Of a DNA stretch of 64,000 nt, positions 39,804 through 52,900 are shown piece by piece (position 1 is the stretch's first letter; each line of letters begins with the position of its first letter). The stretch spans positions 8,948,184 through 9,012,183 of the forward strand of contig MU058844.1 in the NCBI GenBank assembly GCA_013265495.1, read 5' to 3'. The notes under the pieces are model-generated. The model was not told where the DNA came from, searched no databases, and saw only the letters and a list, made by a program, of their open reading frames with translations. Made by a program: the position numbers and the translations under genes. The stretch comes from Vicugna vicugna (lineage: Eukaryota).

Positions 39804-40839
39804 GACAGGAGATGGAATATTTTTAGCATCTTAAAAGGTACATTCTATTTGAAGGATAACTGATATGTAGAAGGTTAATATTCACAAGACCTTCCTCTAG
39901 TTATAAATAATTATTCTATTTTAGAAAGATGTGATTTTAATTTGTTGTGATGAAGTCATTTAGTTATTTCTTTCATGGGCAAATTTTTAACTCCAGTTGA
40001 TGTATGAATTGTGAGGATTCCAAATCATTTCTTTGCATTAAGATAAGCTAATTAAATCAAGACTAACCCTCAGTAATGATGACCTTTAGCTTATCCTTCC
40101 TTTAGGGCATATGTTTGTCACAGAATTTCCAAATTCAGACTTAATATATTGCTGTGTCAAGAATGATACAAATCTGCTATTAATTTATGATTTATCTGTC
40201 ACCCAGAAACTATGTAAAATGAAATTTCATTTTAAATTATAGTAAATGTGACCAGTTTGTTTTAAAAATTCTGATTTCAAATTAGAGCTTGATGAAAGTA
40301 ATGTGTTCTCTAGAAAAGTGGTGTTATGTGGTTGCTATTCCTGGATTACACAATTCTTGAACATGGAGAATAATCCCTTTTGTGTGAGGATCATTATCTT
40401 AATGCCGTCAGCTGAATTTCAGTAATAAGGCCTATGGGATGTCACTTTGCTTTCATAAAGTATCTGCCCTTGTGCCAAGATACATTTGCAAGTTCAAAAT
40501 CACAAGTTCACAGGAAAATTATAATGTTAAAATAGTCATGAAGAAAGCACTCAGTTTTGATTGGTTGTAAGTTCACTAATAGCTTGTCTAAAGACTTTTT
40601 TTTGAATTTAGCTTCAATGAGAAGAGAAATCTTATTCTAAAAGTACAAAATAAGCATCATTATTAAAAATGTTTTACCTGTTATGGAGAAAAATACTTTA
40701 AAGTACCTGAATTATTAGTGTTGATTAATGTCTCCATCTCCTGCACACTGAGCTATTTTTCAGAAGTGTAGCAGTCACTATGCAGACATTTTTAACATCT
40801 AACAGGATCATCCCAGAGCAGACAGTATTTTCTGAGACA

Positions 40840-40990
40840 TCATGGCATGGCTGAAGGAGTGTAAGATTAGGAGTCAGATCAACATATATCCTGCTACTTA
40901 CTGCCTGTGTGACTTTGGGCAAGTTGTTTACTCAATTTTAGTTCTCTCACTGTAAAATGGGCATAATAAAACCTATCTCACAGTACATAG
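40840..40990 (+). mobile_element. MIR SINE
   Basis: GGAGTCAGA...ACTTACTGCCTGTGTGACTTTGGGCAAGTT...CTGTAAAATGGGCATAATAA. Confidence 0.8.
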
Positions 40991-41055
40991 TGGGCTTTTA
41001 ATAATAAAAATAATTATGATAATAGTGAAGTAGTAATAATAATATTAATAATACC

Positions 41056-41588
41056 TGGTTTGGTTTCTAACCTCCAGGATAACCACCAGTCTAATGATTC
41101 TCACCCCCTGAAATTCGTGCCTTTGTATAGACCTCTCCTTCATTAAACTGTGCCTGCCCCTATGTGAATAAAATATGATTTAAGTGAAAATGTGTGCTTT
41201 CTGAAATGAGATCATGAAGGCATTGCAGCTTCTACCTTGCTCTCTTGAAATTACTCATAAACCAGTTGCAATGTTGTGAGGATGCTCCAGCAGCCCTGTG
41301 GAGGTGCCCACATGGAGTGGGACTGAGGCTCCCAGCCAATAGCCAGCGCTAACTTGCCAGCTATGCAAGTGAAATACTTTGGGTGTGGATTCTTTAGTAA
41401 TATAGTCAAGCCTTTAGATGGCTGCTGCCCAAATCAATCACTGACTGCAGCCTCCTAAGAGGCCCCATAGTAGAACTACCCAACTGAACCATTGCCAAAT
41501 TCTGGACTCACAAAATCAATGAGATAATAAATAATCACTGTTGTTGTAAGCCACTAAATTTTGGGATTTGGATGGAACAATAGGTACT
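41056..41588 (+). mobile_element. MaLR solo LTR (MLT1F/G-like)
   Basis: AATGATTCTCACCCCCTG, CTGAGGCTCCCAGCCAATAGCCAG, TGACTGCAGCCTC, TGAGATAATAAA and TAAGCCACTAAATTTTGGG. Confidence 0.8.
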
Positions 41589-43182
41589 TTATAGAACTGC
41601 CAAGGTTGAAAGTTAACCTTGTCATCTCTATGCAAGTTCATGGTAACCTGTTCTGTCCATAGGCATTTCATTACCCATAATTTAGCCTTCCTAGCGAAAC
41701 CAACCTGCTGTTTCTCCACCTAATTTATCTTTGCTCCCCACTTTACCTCCCTGCTTTTACTTCATAAATACTTCTATCTTAGAGAATCAGTATCTTTCAC
41801 ATGAAACCTATTTTATGGGCTTTTCTTCCTGAAAGTCTTCTATAAGATGTTCACACAATACATTTATAAATTGCTTGTCAGCAGGTATCTTAACTTTTCT
41901 TTGGATTTTTTTTTGGCATCTTATATGGTCTAATCTCATTTTATGGTGGTTAAATGAAAATATATATATATTTTGGTACTTGCCAATGGCATTTTCTTGG
42001 TAAAAACAAAAAAGCATGTGATTGAAAGTCATGTCTACTTGCTAAGGTTGTGCACAGGACAGATTTTCAGACAGGGAATAACCAATCTAAAGAGAAAATT
42101 TGGAATTAAAAAATAAAAGAAGCAATCCCATATAGGATTTTTAAAGTGAATAATTTTACCATCATTTATAATTTTCTTCTAAGCAGAGAAATGTTAATTT
42201 TAGTAATCTGGATATTTAAAATAATTATTTTATGAAAGACAGGACATACTGATGTTTAGCCTCCTTGAATAAAATACCACTTTTCATTGAAAGAATTTGA
42301 ACCCCATTAAGGAAATTTACAGATTAGAATAACCTGGTTAGTAATGCATTTTATTATCCTAACAAAATTTAGCATAAAATCAGTTCTCATATTTGGGGTG
42401 TGATAATGTTTATATGAAATTTTAGTATTTTCAGCTGTACTTTAAAACTCTGAGTTTGTCAAAAAACAAATGAGTGGTCTAAAAGTATTTGAAATTGTTT
42501 TCGATAAATTGCCAATCCCTTATCCTCAAAAAATAAAGGAGCAGTGGATATTTTCAGAGTTTATATGTATATACCAGATGAAGGCATAGCAGTTAAATTG
42601 GCTTATTTTAAAATACGTTTTCAGAGAAATATTTCCTAAAATATGACATTTTATTATCTAAAATTTTTCAAAATCTTTGCTTTAGCTCAGCAAAAAGTAC
42701 TTCAAGTAGCTTTTATAAAATATGTGTATATATTTTCTAATGACATATGATCTTGATAGGAGAGATTACTTGTGTTTCTGTTAAAATATTAAGTGCTTGC
42801 ATAAACTCATAAGAATAAATTTACTGTTATTAATAAACAAAACAAACAAAATCATGTACCATGCTCAAGAAAAATAGTAAAATAGAGAAACTAGACCTTA
42901 TCTAAGGGGTTAATCTTAAGTAGGATTAGTTAAGATTCAGTTGAATTGCATATTTTAAATTCTCAAAATAGCATTGACTATAACAAGAGAGAAGTTCTGT
43001 TCTCTCCTACATAAAAGAATACTGAATACAAGTGGTCCATGTCCAGCTGCACTGGAGGCTGATTTAGTCATGTGGATTGTGCTTCTGTCTGGAATTCTTT
43101 TCACTCTTCTCCTCCTCCCAGCATTGGTTAACACTTATTCATCCTTCAAACCTCAGATCTAAAGTCATTTTCTGAGGCAAGT

Positions 43183-43668
43183 TATGGTAGTTACTGCTAC
43201 TTGCCCTCAAATATCTATTATTTTCTTCTTCTCTACTAAAAGTATCCTAATTCTGAATTAGGCACATTTAACATGACTGCATCATCCTTCCTTATAGTTA
43301 GCTGTGGCTATATAACTAATCTCACCCACTAATGTAAGGGGACCAGTTATATAAAACTTCCAGGAAGCTCTTTGAAAGAGATGGAAGGCACCATTCCCCA
43401 CTTTACTCCTTCTTAATAGTTGGAATGCAGAGGTGATTGTTGCAGCTCAGGCAGCCATCTTTGATGATGAGATAGAAGCACATACTCAAACTGGCAGAAA
43501 CAAAACAGAAAATGTACGAGCCTCTGTCAACTTGGAACTTCCATAAATAGCCTTGGACCACATGTATCTAATAGTCTTTTATATGAGACAGCAGTAAACT
43601 TCTCTTTTGTTTTTGTCACTTTTATTTTGTGATTTTTATATGCAACCGAGCCTCATCCTAACTAATCA
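43183..43668 (+). mobile_element. MaLR solo LTR (old MLT1 type) nested in L2 sequence
   Basis: TATGGTAG start, GGCAGCCATCTTTG, and TGCAACCGAG...CCTAACTAATCA end; L2-like flanks at about 43060-43180 and 43675-43900. Confidence 0.7.
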
Positions 43669-46599
43669 CTATTGTTGACCCATTGAATAAGGTCAAGTTC
43701 CTCTGTTTTATATGTTTATAGCACCATACTCTGTTCTTTCATGCTAGTTATCTCAGTAAATACATATTTATATATATATTGCCTTTTTTTCTCTTTTAAT
43801 TGAAACTCTAGATAGCAGGGCCCATGTATGTTTTTGCTCACTTTTATTCATGGAAGCCTAGCATGGTGCTAACCACAATGTCAATATTTCATAAACTATC
43901 TGTTCTATAAGAAACAATCACAAGGTCAGTATCTATGAGCTGAGATTGATGAACTTAAATGGGACTTCAAATTTTTCATAAAATACTGAGGTCCATGTTT
44001 GTATTGGTTGTTTGTCCAGCAGTAGTAGTGGATTTGCTGCTATCTACTTTGTCACAAGACTTGGTAAGATGAGTTGGGTGAGAAATACTCCGTTTTGGTG
44101 GGATGATGAAATTCACTGTCCTCATCACTCTGTGATGAGATTCAGTTTCCAGTTGTCTTAATTACACTCATCCTTACTTTCAGGAACCCTTTCCATTGTG
44201 GAGATGGGAATATTGAAAAGTAATTATTATGTGTATGTTTACAAATCTATAGCAAGATAGAAAGTTAACAATCTTAAGGTGATTTTAAAATCAGTGATCT
44301 CACAAATATATCTTTAAACTTAGAGGATATCCTTTTGAAATGATTATTCTTCAACTTCTTAGATACTTTGAAAAAATTAGTTTATACATGGTTTTTTACT
44401 TCATGACAGAGTATTCTGCCAGTTTTCAGAACCAAAAAAAAAAACCCCACATTTTAATATCAGTTTATTTAGTTTTAAACTTACTTTTGTTACAATTCTA
44501 TGAAAAGAGCAGAAAATATCAGAGTAATTTGGGTTGCATGTCATCTAACTTTAGGTAACACTAAGCCTTTCCACAGCAGTTAAACTTGGCAAATGTAAGA
44601 GCATTGTGAACCACAAAAGGACCAATATTGGGACTTTTTTTCCTATAAATGGACATGAATGCAAGCCTTCTCAGGAGAGTAGAGCTTTTTTTCCCAACAC
44701 AAAAATTCTATAGGGGCACCATGGTAACTACAGATAGAAAATGCATTTGCATATATTTTGTTCATGAAACTTGGAAAGTCAAAGCGTATGGTAAGGCTTA
44801 TATTGCTAAATAAGTAATTGGTGGCTTGTGTAAATTGTTATCATTGCATTCATTTAGTTTTAATAGAAGGATGCAAACATTTATGCCTGGGAAGATGAAC
44901 ACAGATGCATAGAAATGAGACTCATCTTGTTCTAATTCTGGCCACTTTCTATTTAATGGAATTTCTATAAGCCATTTTTTTTAAATACAAGAGATTTAAA
45001 AATTCTGATGGGCCTTCTGAAACCAAGAAAAAAGTCAAGAATGGTTCATGTAGTCTTAGATATATTTTAATTCTTTAAAAAAATGATCATCAACTGGTAT
45101 CAAATAGAACCTTGTATTATCTAGAATTCTCCATTAATTCCCTGATTAAAACAAAACTATATTAACAAGCAGTGCATCAACAGATGGTAAGGCGGAGCGT
45201 GCAACCTTCTGGCTACACAGAAGTGGATGATAAAAGAGGAAATGTGAAAGTTATTTTTCCTGGGTGTCTACAAAAAATGAATATGCAGCCCATCATAACT
45301 ATTTTTGTATTGCGATATTAGAAAATGCAACATTAAATGTGCAATTGAATACCATCTGTCTAATTGTAAGCCAAAATCATGATCACAGACCAGACATATT
45401 AAGTAAAGCTCTAATGAGAGGGTGAGAGTCAGAGGGGCAGTTCCTACTGAGAATGTTTCCAGCCTACCACAGTGTTCAAATTGGATTTATTTTTTTCTTT
45501 CAGTTAGGATATTTTTGCTTATCTTTTTTGCTTTTAAGTTAGAAAGCAATACTGACCACTTTAGAACTTGGGGTCAATGAAAATTTCTTTAACAGTGATA
45601 GATATTTCAAAAATAATTTCACACAGCTAGGGACTATTGTTAATCGCTATTCCACAGGAGCATTTTAATTAACAGTTTTGACGCTTCTAGCATCAGTGAT
45701 GGAAACCGCACTCTCTTTTTCTGTCCTCCTTAAAGGGTTTATGTGTTCTTAGCTGGGAGGTGAAGAAACAATGGTGATTGTGGTTGTCTGACCAAACCCA
45801 AGATCTGAATCACCAGGAGGAAACTCTGAAATCAGAGTCAGAGACTGGAATTTGGGGATTCATGTTAACCAGAAAGAACCTAGAAATGGAGGCAGTCTGT
45901 GGAACCTAGGTATTGACTCTGCTGTTTCCTCTTGGAGGATATAGTCTTGCTAAAGCCAAATTGGGTCAAGAATCAGAATGGGTAACTCTAAATGCCTTTT
46001 AAATGGATGTGCATAGGATGCTGGCCTTCCAGAAGGGTGACATGAGCTCTGAATATATAGCACTGCTATGTTACCAGAAAGGGACTGGCTATTTTCTCAC
46101 TACTACCGAGAATGTTATGGCAGTTGTGTACCCATCCTTAGGATATTAATGGATAAAGAAAAGACAGGCCAAGATATGCTATTGCTCTGACTGGCAGCCC
46201 CTCTCTTCTTAAGGCCTATGAATGTCACCATGTTACTTGAGAACTTACAGCACATACATCTGTCCTGTTTTTTCCCACCAATCTGCAGTACAATCTGATA
46301 GTCTGAAAGATAATCATATTTGACATTTGGAACAATAATTAATTAACTAATTAATTAATCAAACTTATTATTGCCTTCTTTTGATATCAACTTAGCTATA
46401 TTAGCTCCTACTATATATTGTATAATTACTTCAAAATTTAGGATATAATTTTTTATTAATTTTCCTTACCTATTTTCTTTACATATGATATGTTAATAAT
46501 TCACCCTTAGTATTAAACAACAAAAAATAGACTTTTCTAGAAAAATAACTATTAAGCATTGTTCTCTTTTACATGGTTATAATTAGAATTCTAAGAAAA

Positions 46600-46945
46600 C
46601 CCTTATTTTATTTTATTCTGTCTTATAAATTAACATACAGTAAAACTGACTTTTTTGTTCCAGGAATTTTGACACATGTAGATTCATGTAACTACCACCA
46701 CAGTTCGGCTACAGATCAACTCCATCACCCCCAAAATTCCCTCCTGCTGTCACTATGTCATGATACTTGCCCCCGTCTCTATCCTCTTGCAATTTGATCT
46801 GTTCTTTTTCACTACAGTTTTACTTTTATTTTTTTCAAGGATGTCATATGAATGGAATCATAATATAACCTCTTGAGACTACCTGCTTTCATTCAACCTA
46901 ATACCTTTAAAGAGTCATCCAAGTTGTTTTATGTATTATAACACG
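46600..46945 (-). mobile_element. Old L1M 3' fragment
   Basis: TAATTAACATACAGTAAAA...GTAACTACCACCAC...ATGTCATATGAATGGAATCAT. Confidence 0.75.
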
Positions 46946-47403
46946 GTTATTAAAACCTTCTTATATAGTTTTGGTGGTAATTTTTGTTCCAAGTGAATGT
47001 ATCTTTTTCCTAGTAAATATACCATGGACCAAATTACAAATTTGATATCTCTTACCAGAAAGAGCAAAACTTAAACTACCAGGTGAAAAAAATTTTTTTT
47101 AATGTTTATTCACAATAATAGTATGGAAAATGATAAGATTTTATTTGAAAAATTTGCTAGAGGCTTTGTCATAAAATATTTTCAAGTTACATTTTTTAAA
47201 ATACTATTTTTTAGTGATCCTCTCAACCATTTTTATCCCTGAGTATCAGAATAGAGACATATACTTGGAGTTTAATTTAATGGGGAGAGTTGGATTTTAA
47301 CAAATGTAGTTTATATTAATGATTAATTAACTTTTATTTTCTAAATATCTGAAAAGTAGCATTTTGGGGGAATGGCCCCCTAAAAATATTTCAACATGTA
47401 AGA

Positions 47404-47615
47404 CAGTGCTTTTCAACCAGAGATTTTGGTCCCTCGGGACATACGACAATGTTTATAGACATTTTGGTTTTTTTTTTTTTTTGTCAGGGAGGGACAATAC
47501 TAGCAACTAGTGGATAGAAGCTGGAATGTTATTAAAGACTCTACGATGTACAGGGCTGTCCCTCACAACAAATAATTATCCAAAATGTCACTAGTGCCAA
47601 GTCTAAGAAACCTTG
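47404..47615 (+). mobile_element. MER20 hAT MITE
   Basis: CAGTGCTTTTCAACC...GACATTTTGGTT...CTAGTGGATAGAAG...AAAATGTCACTAGTGCCAAG...GAAACCTTG. Confidence 0.8.
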
Positions 47616-47739
47616 AATAAGATGTTTTATTCTACAGATGTTAGCAATTAATTTTCATCAACATTTTCTAATTCACATACAAAAATTATATTATTTATTA
47701 TCATTATGCCAATTTCAGCGCATCCAAGCTTTGCCACTT

Positions 47740-48130
47740 ATATTTCAAACTTTTGTTATGAAACTTTCAAAATGCAGTAAAATTGAAAGAATGGTGCAGT
47801 GAAGACTTGAATCGCCATATCTTGATTCACAACTGTAAATATTTTTCAGTATTTGTTTATATTATGTCATTTGTCTTTTCCTAAATAATTTCAAAATAAG
47901 TTACCTACATCATTGAAATTCAGCATTAACTCCTAAGGGTAAAACATTCCCTTCTATAACTACAATCACATCACATGTAAGAATATTGACAATAATACCC
48001 TAGTACGTATCAGTATCATTTAATACACAGTCCAGTTGTTCCAGGAATATGTTTTATGACTTTCTTTTTCTTTTGAAGTAGGAGCCAATCAAAAAAATTT
48101 GTGTCTCTTTAGTCTCTTTTATTAGCAGGG
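47740..48130 (-). mobile_element. Old L1M 3' fragment
   Basis: TTATGAAACTTTCAAA...AAAATTGAAAGAATGGTGCAGTGAA...TCTCTTTAGTCTCTTT. Confidence 0.6.
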
Positions 48131-48139
48131 TGCATTTAT

Positions 48140-48580
48140 TTTTCAAATTACTGTTTTCATGTTCTTTGAATAAATACCCAGAGGTGGAATCACTGGGTCT
48201 TATGTAGTTATGTTCTTGATTTTTTTAGGAATCTCTGTACTGTCCCATAGTGACTGCATCAATTTACAGTTCCCCCCAACAGTGTAAGAAAGTTCCCTTT
48301 TCTGCACATCCTCTCCAATATTTGTTATTTCTTGTCTTTTTGATGGTAGCCATTCCAATGGGTGTGAAGTGACATTGTGGTTTTGATTTGCATCTCTCTT
48401 ATAATTAGTGATGCTGAACATCTTTTTATGTGCCTGTTGGCCATCTGTTTGTCTTTTTTGGAAAGATGTCTATTTAGATCCTCTTCCAAGTTTTTAATCA
48501 GGTTGTCTGTTTCTTTGGTGTTGAGTTGTATGAGTTCTTTATACACTTTAAGTGTTGATTCCTTATTGGATATATAATTT
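48140..48580 (-). mobile_element. LINE-1 ORF2 C-terminal fragment
   Basis: Minus ORF peptide YKELIQLN...[37 protein letters not shown]. Confidence 0.9.
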
Positions 48581-49139
48581 ACATAGGAGATGAATCTGTG
48601 AGCCAAGCAGGTTGTATGTTGTGGGGTGGCAGGATTGGAAGGGAGGAGGGAGAGTGCTCTAAACAGAGGGAGCAGCAAATATAAATCTGAAGTTGACCAT
48701 AGCCTAAGGTGTCCTAAGAAAGCAAGGGGACCAGTGTGGCTAGAACCAGAGTGATCAGACACGGTCAGACAGAGCTGCATATCTGGAATGTTCTGAGGAA
48801 TGCTCTAAAACAAGTTCTCTCTATAGCTTCCCTAGCTTTCAAGATTCATAATCCAGTATGGAATTAGGAGTTTGGCTCATTAACAGAATAGAGATTGTTT
48901 ATCTGGAAGGCCACTTCTACATGTGAAATTGGAAGCAATACATTGGATTTCTCTTCTATTAAGTTCTTAATACCTACAATGTATCAAGAAATATTGTTTC
49001 TTGTCATCTTGGACAAAATGGTTTAGGCTTAGGAAAATTAAGAAACAGTAATAGTATTTTATAAATCTTTTTGAAATAAGTGAGTAAAAAAATTAAATCA
49101 ATGTAATTATCATGGGTTATAAAGTACAGGGAACAGGTT

Positions 49140-49355
49140 ATTATCTTTAACAACATATAGAGTGCACACTCTGTGCTCTGTCCTAAGCAGTTTACTCACA
49201 TATTGCTAGTTTACCTATATAATAATTCAGGATGGTAGGTAGTGCTATTATCCCATTTTCAGATGAATGAATTGCTCAAAGTCACATAACTAGTAAATGG
49301 CAGAGCTGGGATCTCAACCTAAGCAGTCTGCTTCCAAGTCCTTGAACCAATATGC
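49140..49355 (-). mobile_element. MIR SINE, part of it duplicated at 49613-49711
   Basis: TATTATCCCATTTTCAGATGA...TTGCTCAAAGTCACATAACTAGTAAATGGCAGAGCTGGGAT. Confidence 0.8.
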
Positions 49356-49968
49356 TAGAGCTCCTGTAAGTAATCTGAGCTGCCATGTTGCTAGCAGCAA
49401 GGTACAGCAGGGAGAGAGGAAGTTGGTAGTATATATAAATATTTTTTCTTCTAATATTCTGCCTTTATGTCTCTACTAAGTTACTGAATTTTTTCCCTTT
49501 ATTTTTATTTTTCTCTATCCCTAATACCCAGTTCAGTGCTCAAAATATAGTTTAGAACTGTTAATAGCAGCAACTAGTTACTACATGGAACTCCAAATAT
49601 GGGATGATATGGTTTCAGATGAATGAATTGCTCAAAGTCACATAACTAGTAAATGGCAGAGCTGGGATCTCAACCTAAGCAGTCTGCTTCCAAGTCCTTG
49701 AACCAATATGCTAGAGCTCCTGTAAGTAATCTGAGCTGCCATGTTGCTAGCAGCAAGGTACAGCAGGGAGAGAGGAAGTTGGTAGTATATATAAATATTT
49801 TTTCTTCTAATATTCTGCCTTTATGTCTCTACTAAGTTACTGAATTTTTTCCCTTTATTTTTATTTTTCTCTATCCCTAATACCCAGTTCAGTGCTCAAA
49901 ATATAGTTTAGAACTGTTAATAACAGCAACTAGTTACTACATGGAACTCCAAATATGGGATGATATGG
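49257..49968. repeat. 356-bp direct tandem duplication (49257-49612 and 49613-49968)
   Basis: By eye the copies differ only at G49567/A49923; identical 60-aa ORFs are offset by 356. Confidence 0.97.
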
Positions 49969-52900
49969 AAGAATATTCTACAACTCTCTGCTTGGGGAAT
50001 TTTTAATCCTGGAATCATTCTCAACATAAGACACATTCTAATTAGATTCTGCAAATGCTGATATCATAGCTGGTTTGTGTAATCATAGCATAACAAAGTG
50101 AAAAAAAATCCTCAATGTGAAAAAAATTTAAACTTGCATTAATTCTCTGTTGAAAACAAAGAATGTTCCAGACAATTTTTTTTTTTTACTAGAGGATGCA
50201 ATTTAAAGTAAGCCATGTAAATGAAAAAAACGTTGTGAATCGAGATTTGTAGGGTAGTCAAACTCAGCAAGACAAATTTATCTTCAGTGTGTTTCAAATT
50301 GGCTTTCTGTGATAGGGTGATACCTCCTGGTAGACATTGTGGAACTATTTTTCAATCTGCATTCTAGTTTACTATGTTGCAATTAACATGTAAAATTGTA
50401 ACTTTAAATTACATCAATAGGTGTAGGCTTTTTTAAATGAATGGGACAAAATTTCTCCCCATTTAACAAAAGTGTTTTATCATTCATGAATGCTAATGAA
50501 TGCATCAGTTTTTGAAAATAAAACATGATAGTATAAAAAGTACACAGAAGATTATTTTTAATGAGTCATGAGTTCTGTATTTGTCTTGTCAAAAATAGCA
50601 GTGTCTCTTATTGCTCATAATTCAACTCCCATCACCCTGCCCAACATATTTTATGATTTGACAACACAGCAGTTGTCTTTCTCCAAATTTAAGTTGGCAA
50701 GAAGTGAAGGGAAAAAATAAAAACAACAAACTTTAGTATGGACTTTGCAAACTATCAGTGGGGCCTATGAGTTTTGAAAATCTTAATTTAAAATTTTATA
50801 AACATTTGGGGGAAATATATGAACTAATATTAAATGCAATTATAAAGCTAAAATAGAGCATCTCTCATTGTATTTTTACTGGGTTTAGTCAAAACAGTCT
50901 TGTTCTCTGATAGGTTATTTTTGGCTCCTGATGTTGATCATACAGAAAATTATCACAGATTTGAGAAACAGGAAGTAGTAGTGATGGGCTGGAAACAAAG
51001 AGGGGAATGAACAAAGGTAAAGAATGAACATTTGTTTTGCTAAGTTTTGAGATAACTGGGGATAACTGACTAATTTGTGTCTAGATTTAGAGACTTGGAG
51101 AAAGAGCTGGTAGACAGGGCTCATTCTCTCAGGATTGTTTTTCACTAGGGAATGCAATTTAAACCCCAACTTCAAACTTGAAGTTTAAATTGAAGGTGGA
51201 CTTGCCTTCAAACACTTTCACGATCTATTACCAGCTCTGTAACCTTGAATTGTTGACTTACTCACTTCTAACCAATTAAAAAATTAAATAAAAGGAATAA
51301 TGAAAATGCTCATATCATGGTTTTGTGTGTTAAATAAAATCGAATTTATAGTTTTTGCACAATTTCTGTTTTCATTAAGGGCTGGTGAAAGTTATTGGTG
51401 ATATTATTTACTTTCTCCTTAGTTCTACAATAGTAATGTTCCAGGCTTGTTTAATATTCTAATTTTATGTTTACTATCTGGTGTTAAATTAAAAATGTAG
51501 GGCACAGTGTTACACATACAGTGTGATCCTATTGTTATAAATGTTTTTGAGTAAATGTGTTTTAATAATTCTGGAAGTATACACTGAAAGACATTACAAC
51601 CAGTTTTTTCTTTCATGAACAGTAGGATTTTAAGTGATTTTACATATTGAAAAATATTAAAGATTTTTTTTTGGTAGGAGTTGTAAGATTTTAGGTGATT
51701 TTATTTTGCTTTTGCTTATTTGTACATTCAAATTGTTTTAGACTAAACATACATTACTTTTTTGCTAGGGGAGATAAAAGTTATAGACAATGCTCATTTT
51801 AAAATATCATTTAAATTTTTCCGTTATACAGCAGAGCTAATAAATATGGTACAAATTTCTTTCAAATCATGAGAAGTCTTATGCTAGACATTTATCATAT
51901 CTTTTATTTGTTAAAGATAAAAGAATATAACAACCCTGTTATCCACAAGGCATGCCTTTGGTCTAAATATAATTATTGTGAGCTTGTTTATCATTTGGCT
52001 CTGACCTGAATAAATCTGAAAAACTGAAGCATAGAAAAATGACATGATTTTTAACAAATCATGATACCATGTAGGTAAATTTTAAGCATATTAATAAAAA
52101 AGCATGATTAAAGATAAATGCATATTGGTGACTAAATTAAATAGTTCAAATATTGGTTTGTTTTAAGCAATTCTATTTGAGTATCATTATGAAGAAAGGT
52201 ATAAAAAATATTTTGTTTTACAGTGATTTTCTATTTTGGCCACATACACATTTTATTATTTTAAATAAATAAAAATAAATCTATATTCTTGTTTAACAAG
52301 GGATAATATTTTTTAAGTTAAACTAATTTAATATCCTCATTAAGCCACAGTTTCATTTGTAGCTTCTGACCTCTGACACTGAGTAAATGATGTACAGAAT
52401 GGGGTAAAGCCTGACCCTCTCTGGTAAGAGAGGAAATAAGAGGAAGGATGAACAGGAATTGAGCAGGTCAAGGATATATTAGGCAAAAGGAATGCATATA
52501 AGGCAGAGGGAAGATTTGACTGCACTGGATTTCTGTTCGGTACTCTGAGATGAGATTCCTTCAACTAGGGAGAAAGGACTTTGGTTTCCTTAGCATGCCT
52601 ATTTTCCCTGTGGGATGTATAAACCTGTGAGTTCCCAAATTAAATTTCTCTGAGCAGACACTCTGGAAGGAGCTGATTTGAGTATCTGTGGGCTTGCAAT
52701 TGGGCTAGCCATGGAAAAAAGAAATTTGAACCAGCAGTAAAGGGGAGGGGGTGGATCACCCATCCAAGGAAGATCAGTGGAGCTTGGGGCTTAGGTACAG
52801 GTAAGGTGGCTGGCAATGGTGACCAGACTACAAAATTTGGAAGTCCTGGGGAATCAGAACTTTATCTAAGGAGAGTATTTAAATTATCAGACTGGATTAA

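Noticed and set aside
44101..44177. C/D box snoRNA
   Set aside because: Box C-like words are present, but no correctly placed terminal CTGA on either strand.
49297..49835. Two identical 60-aa ORFs (MAELGSQPKQ...) as a duplicated gene
   Set aside because: They start in antisense MIR sequence and are identical only because of the 356-bp duplication.
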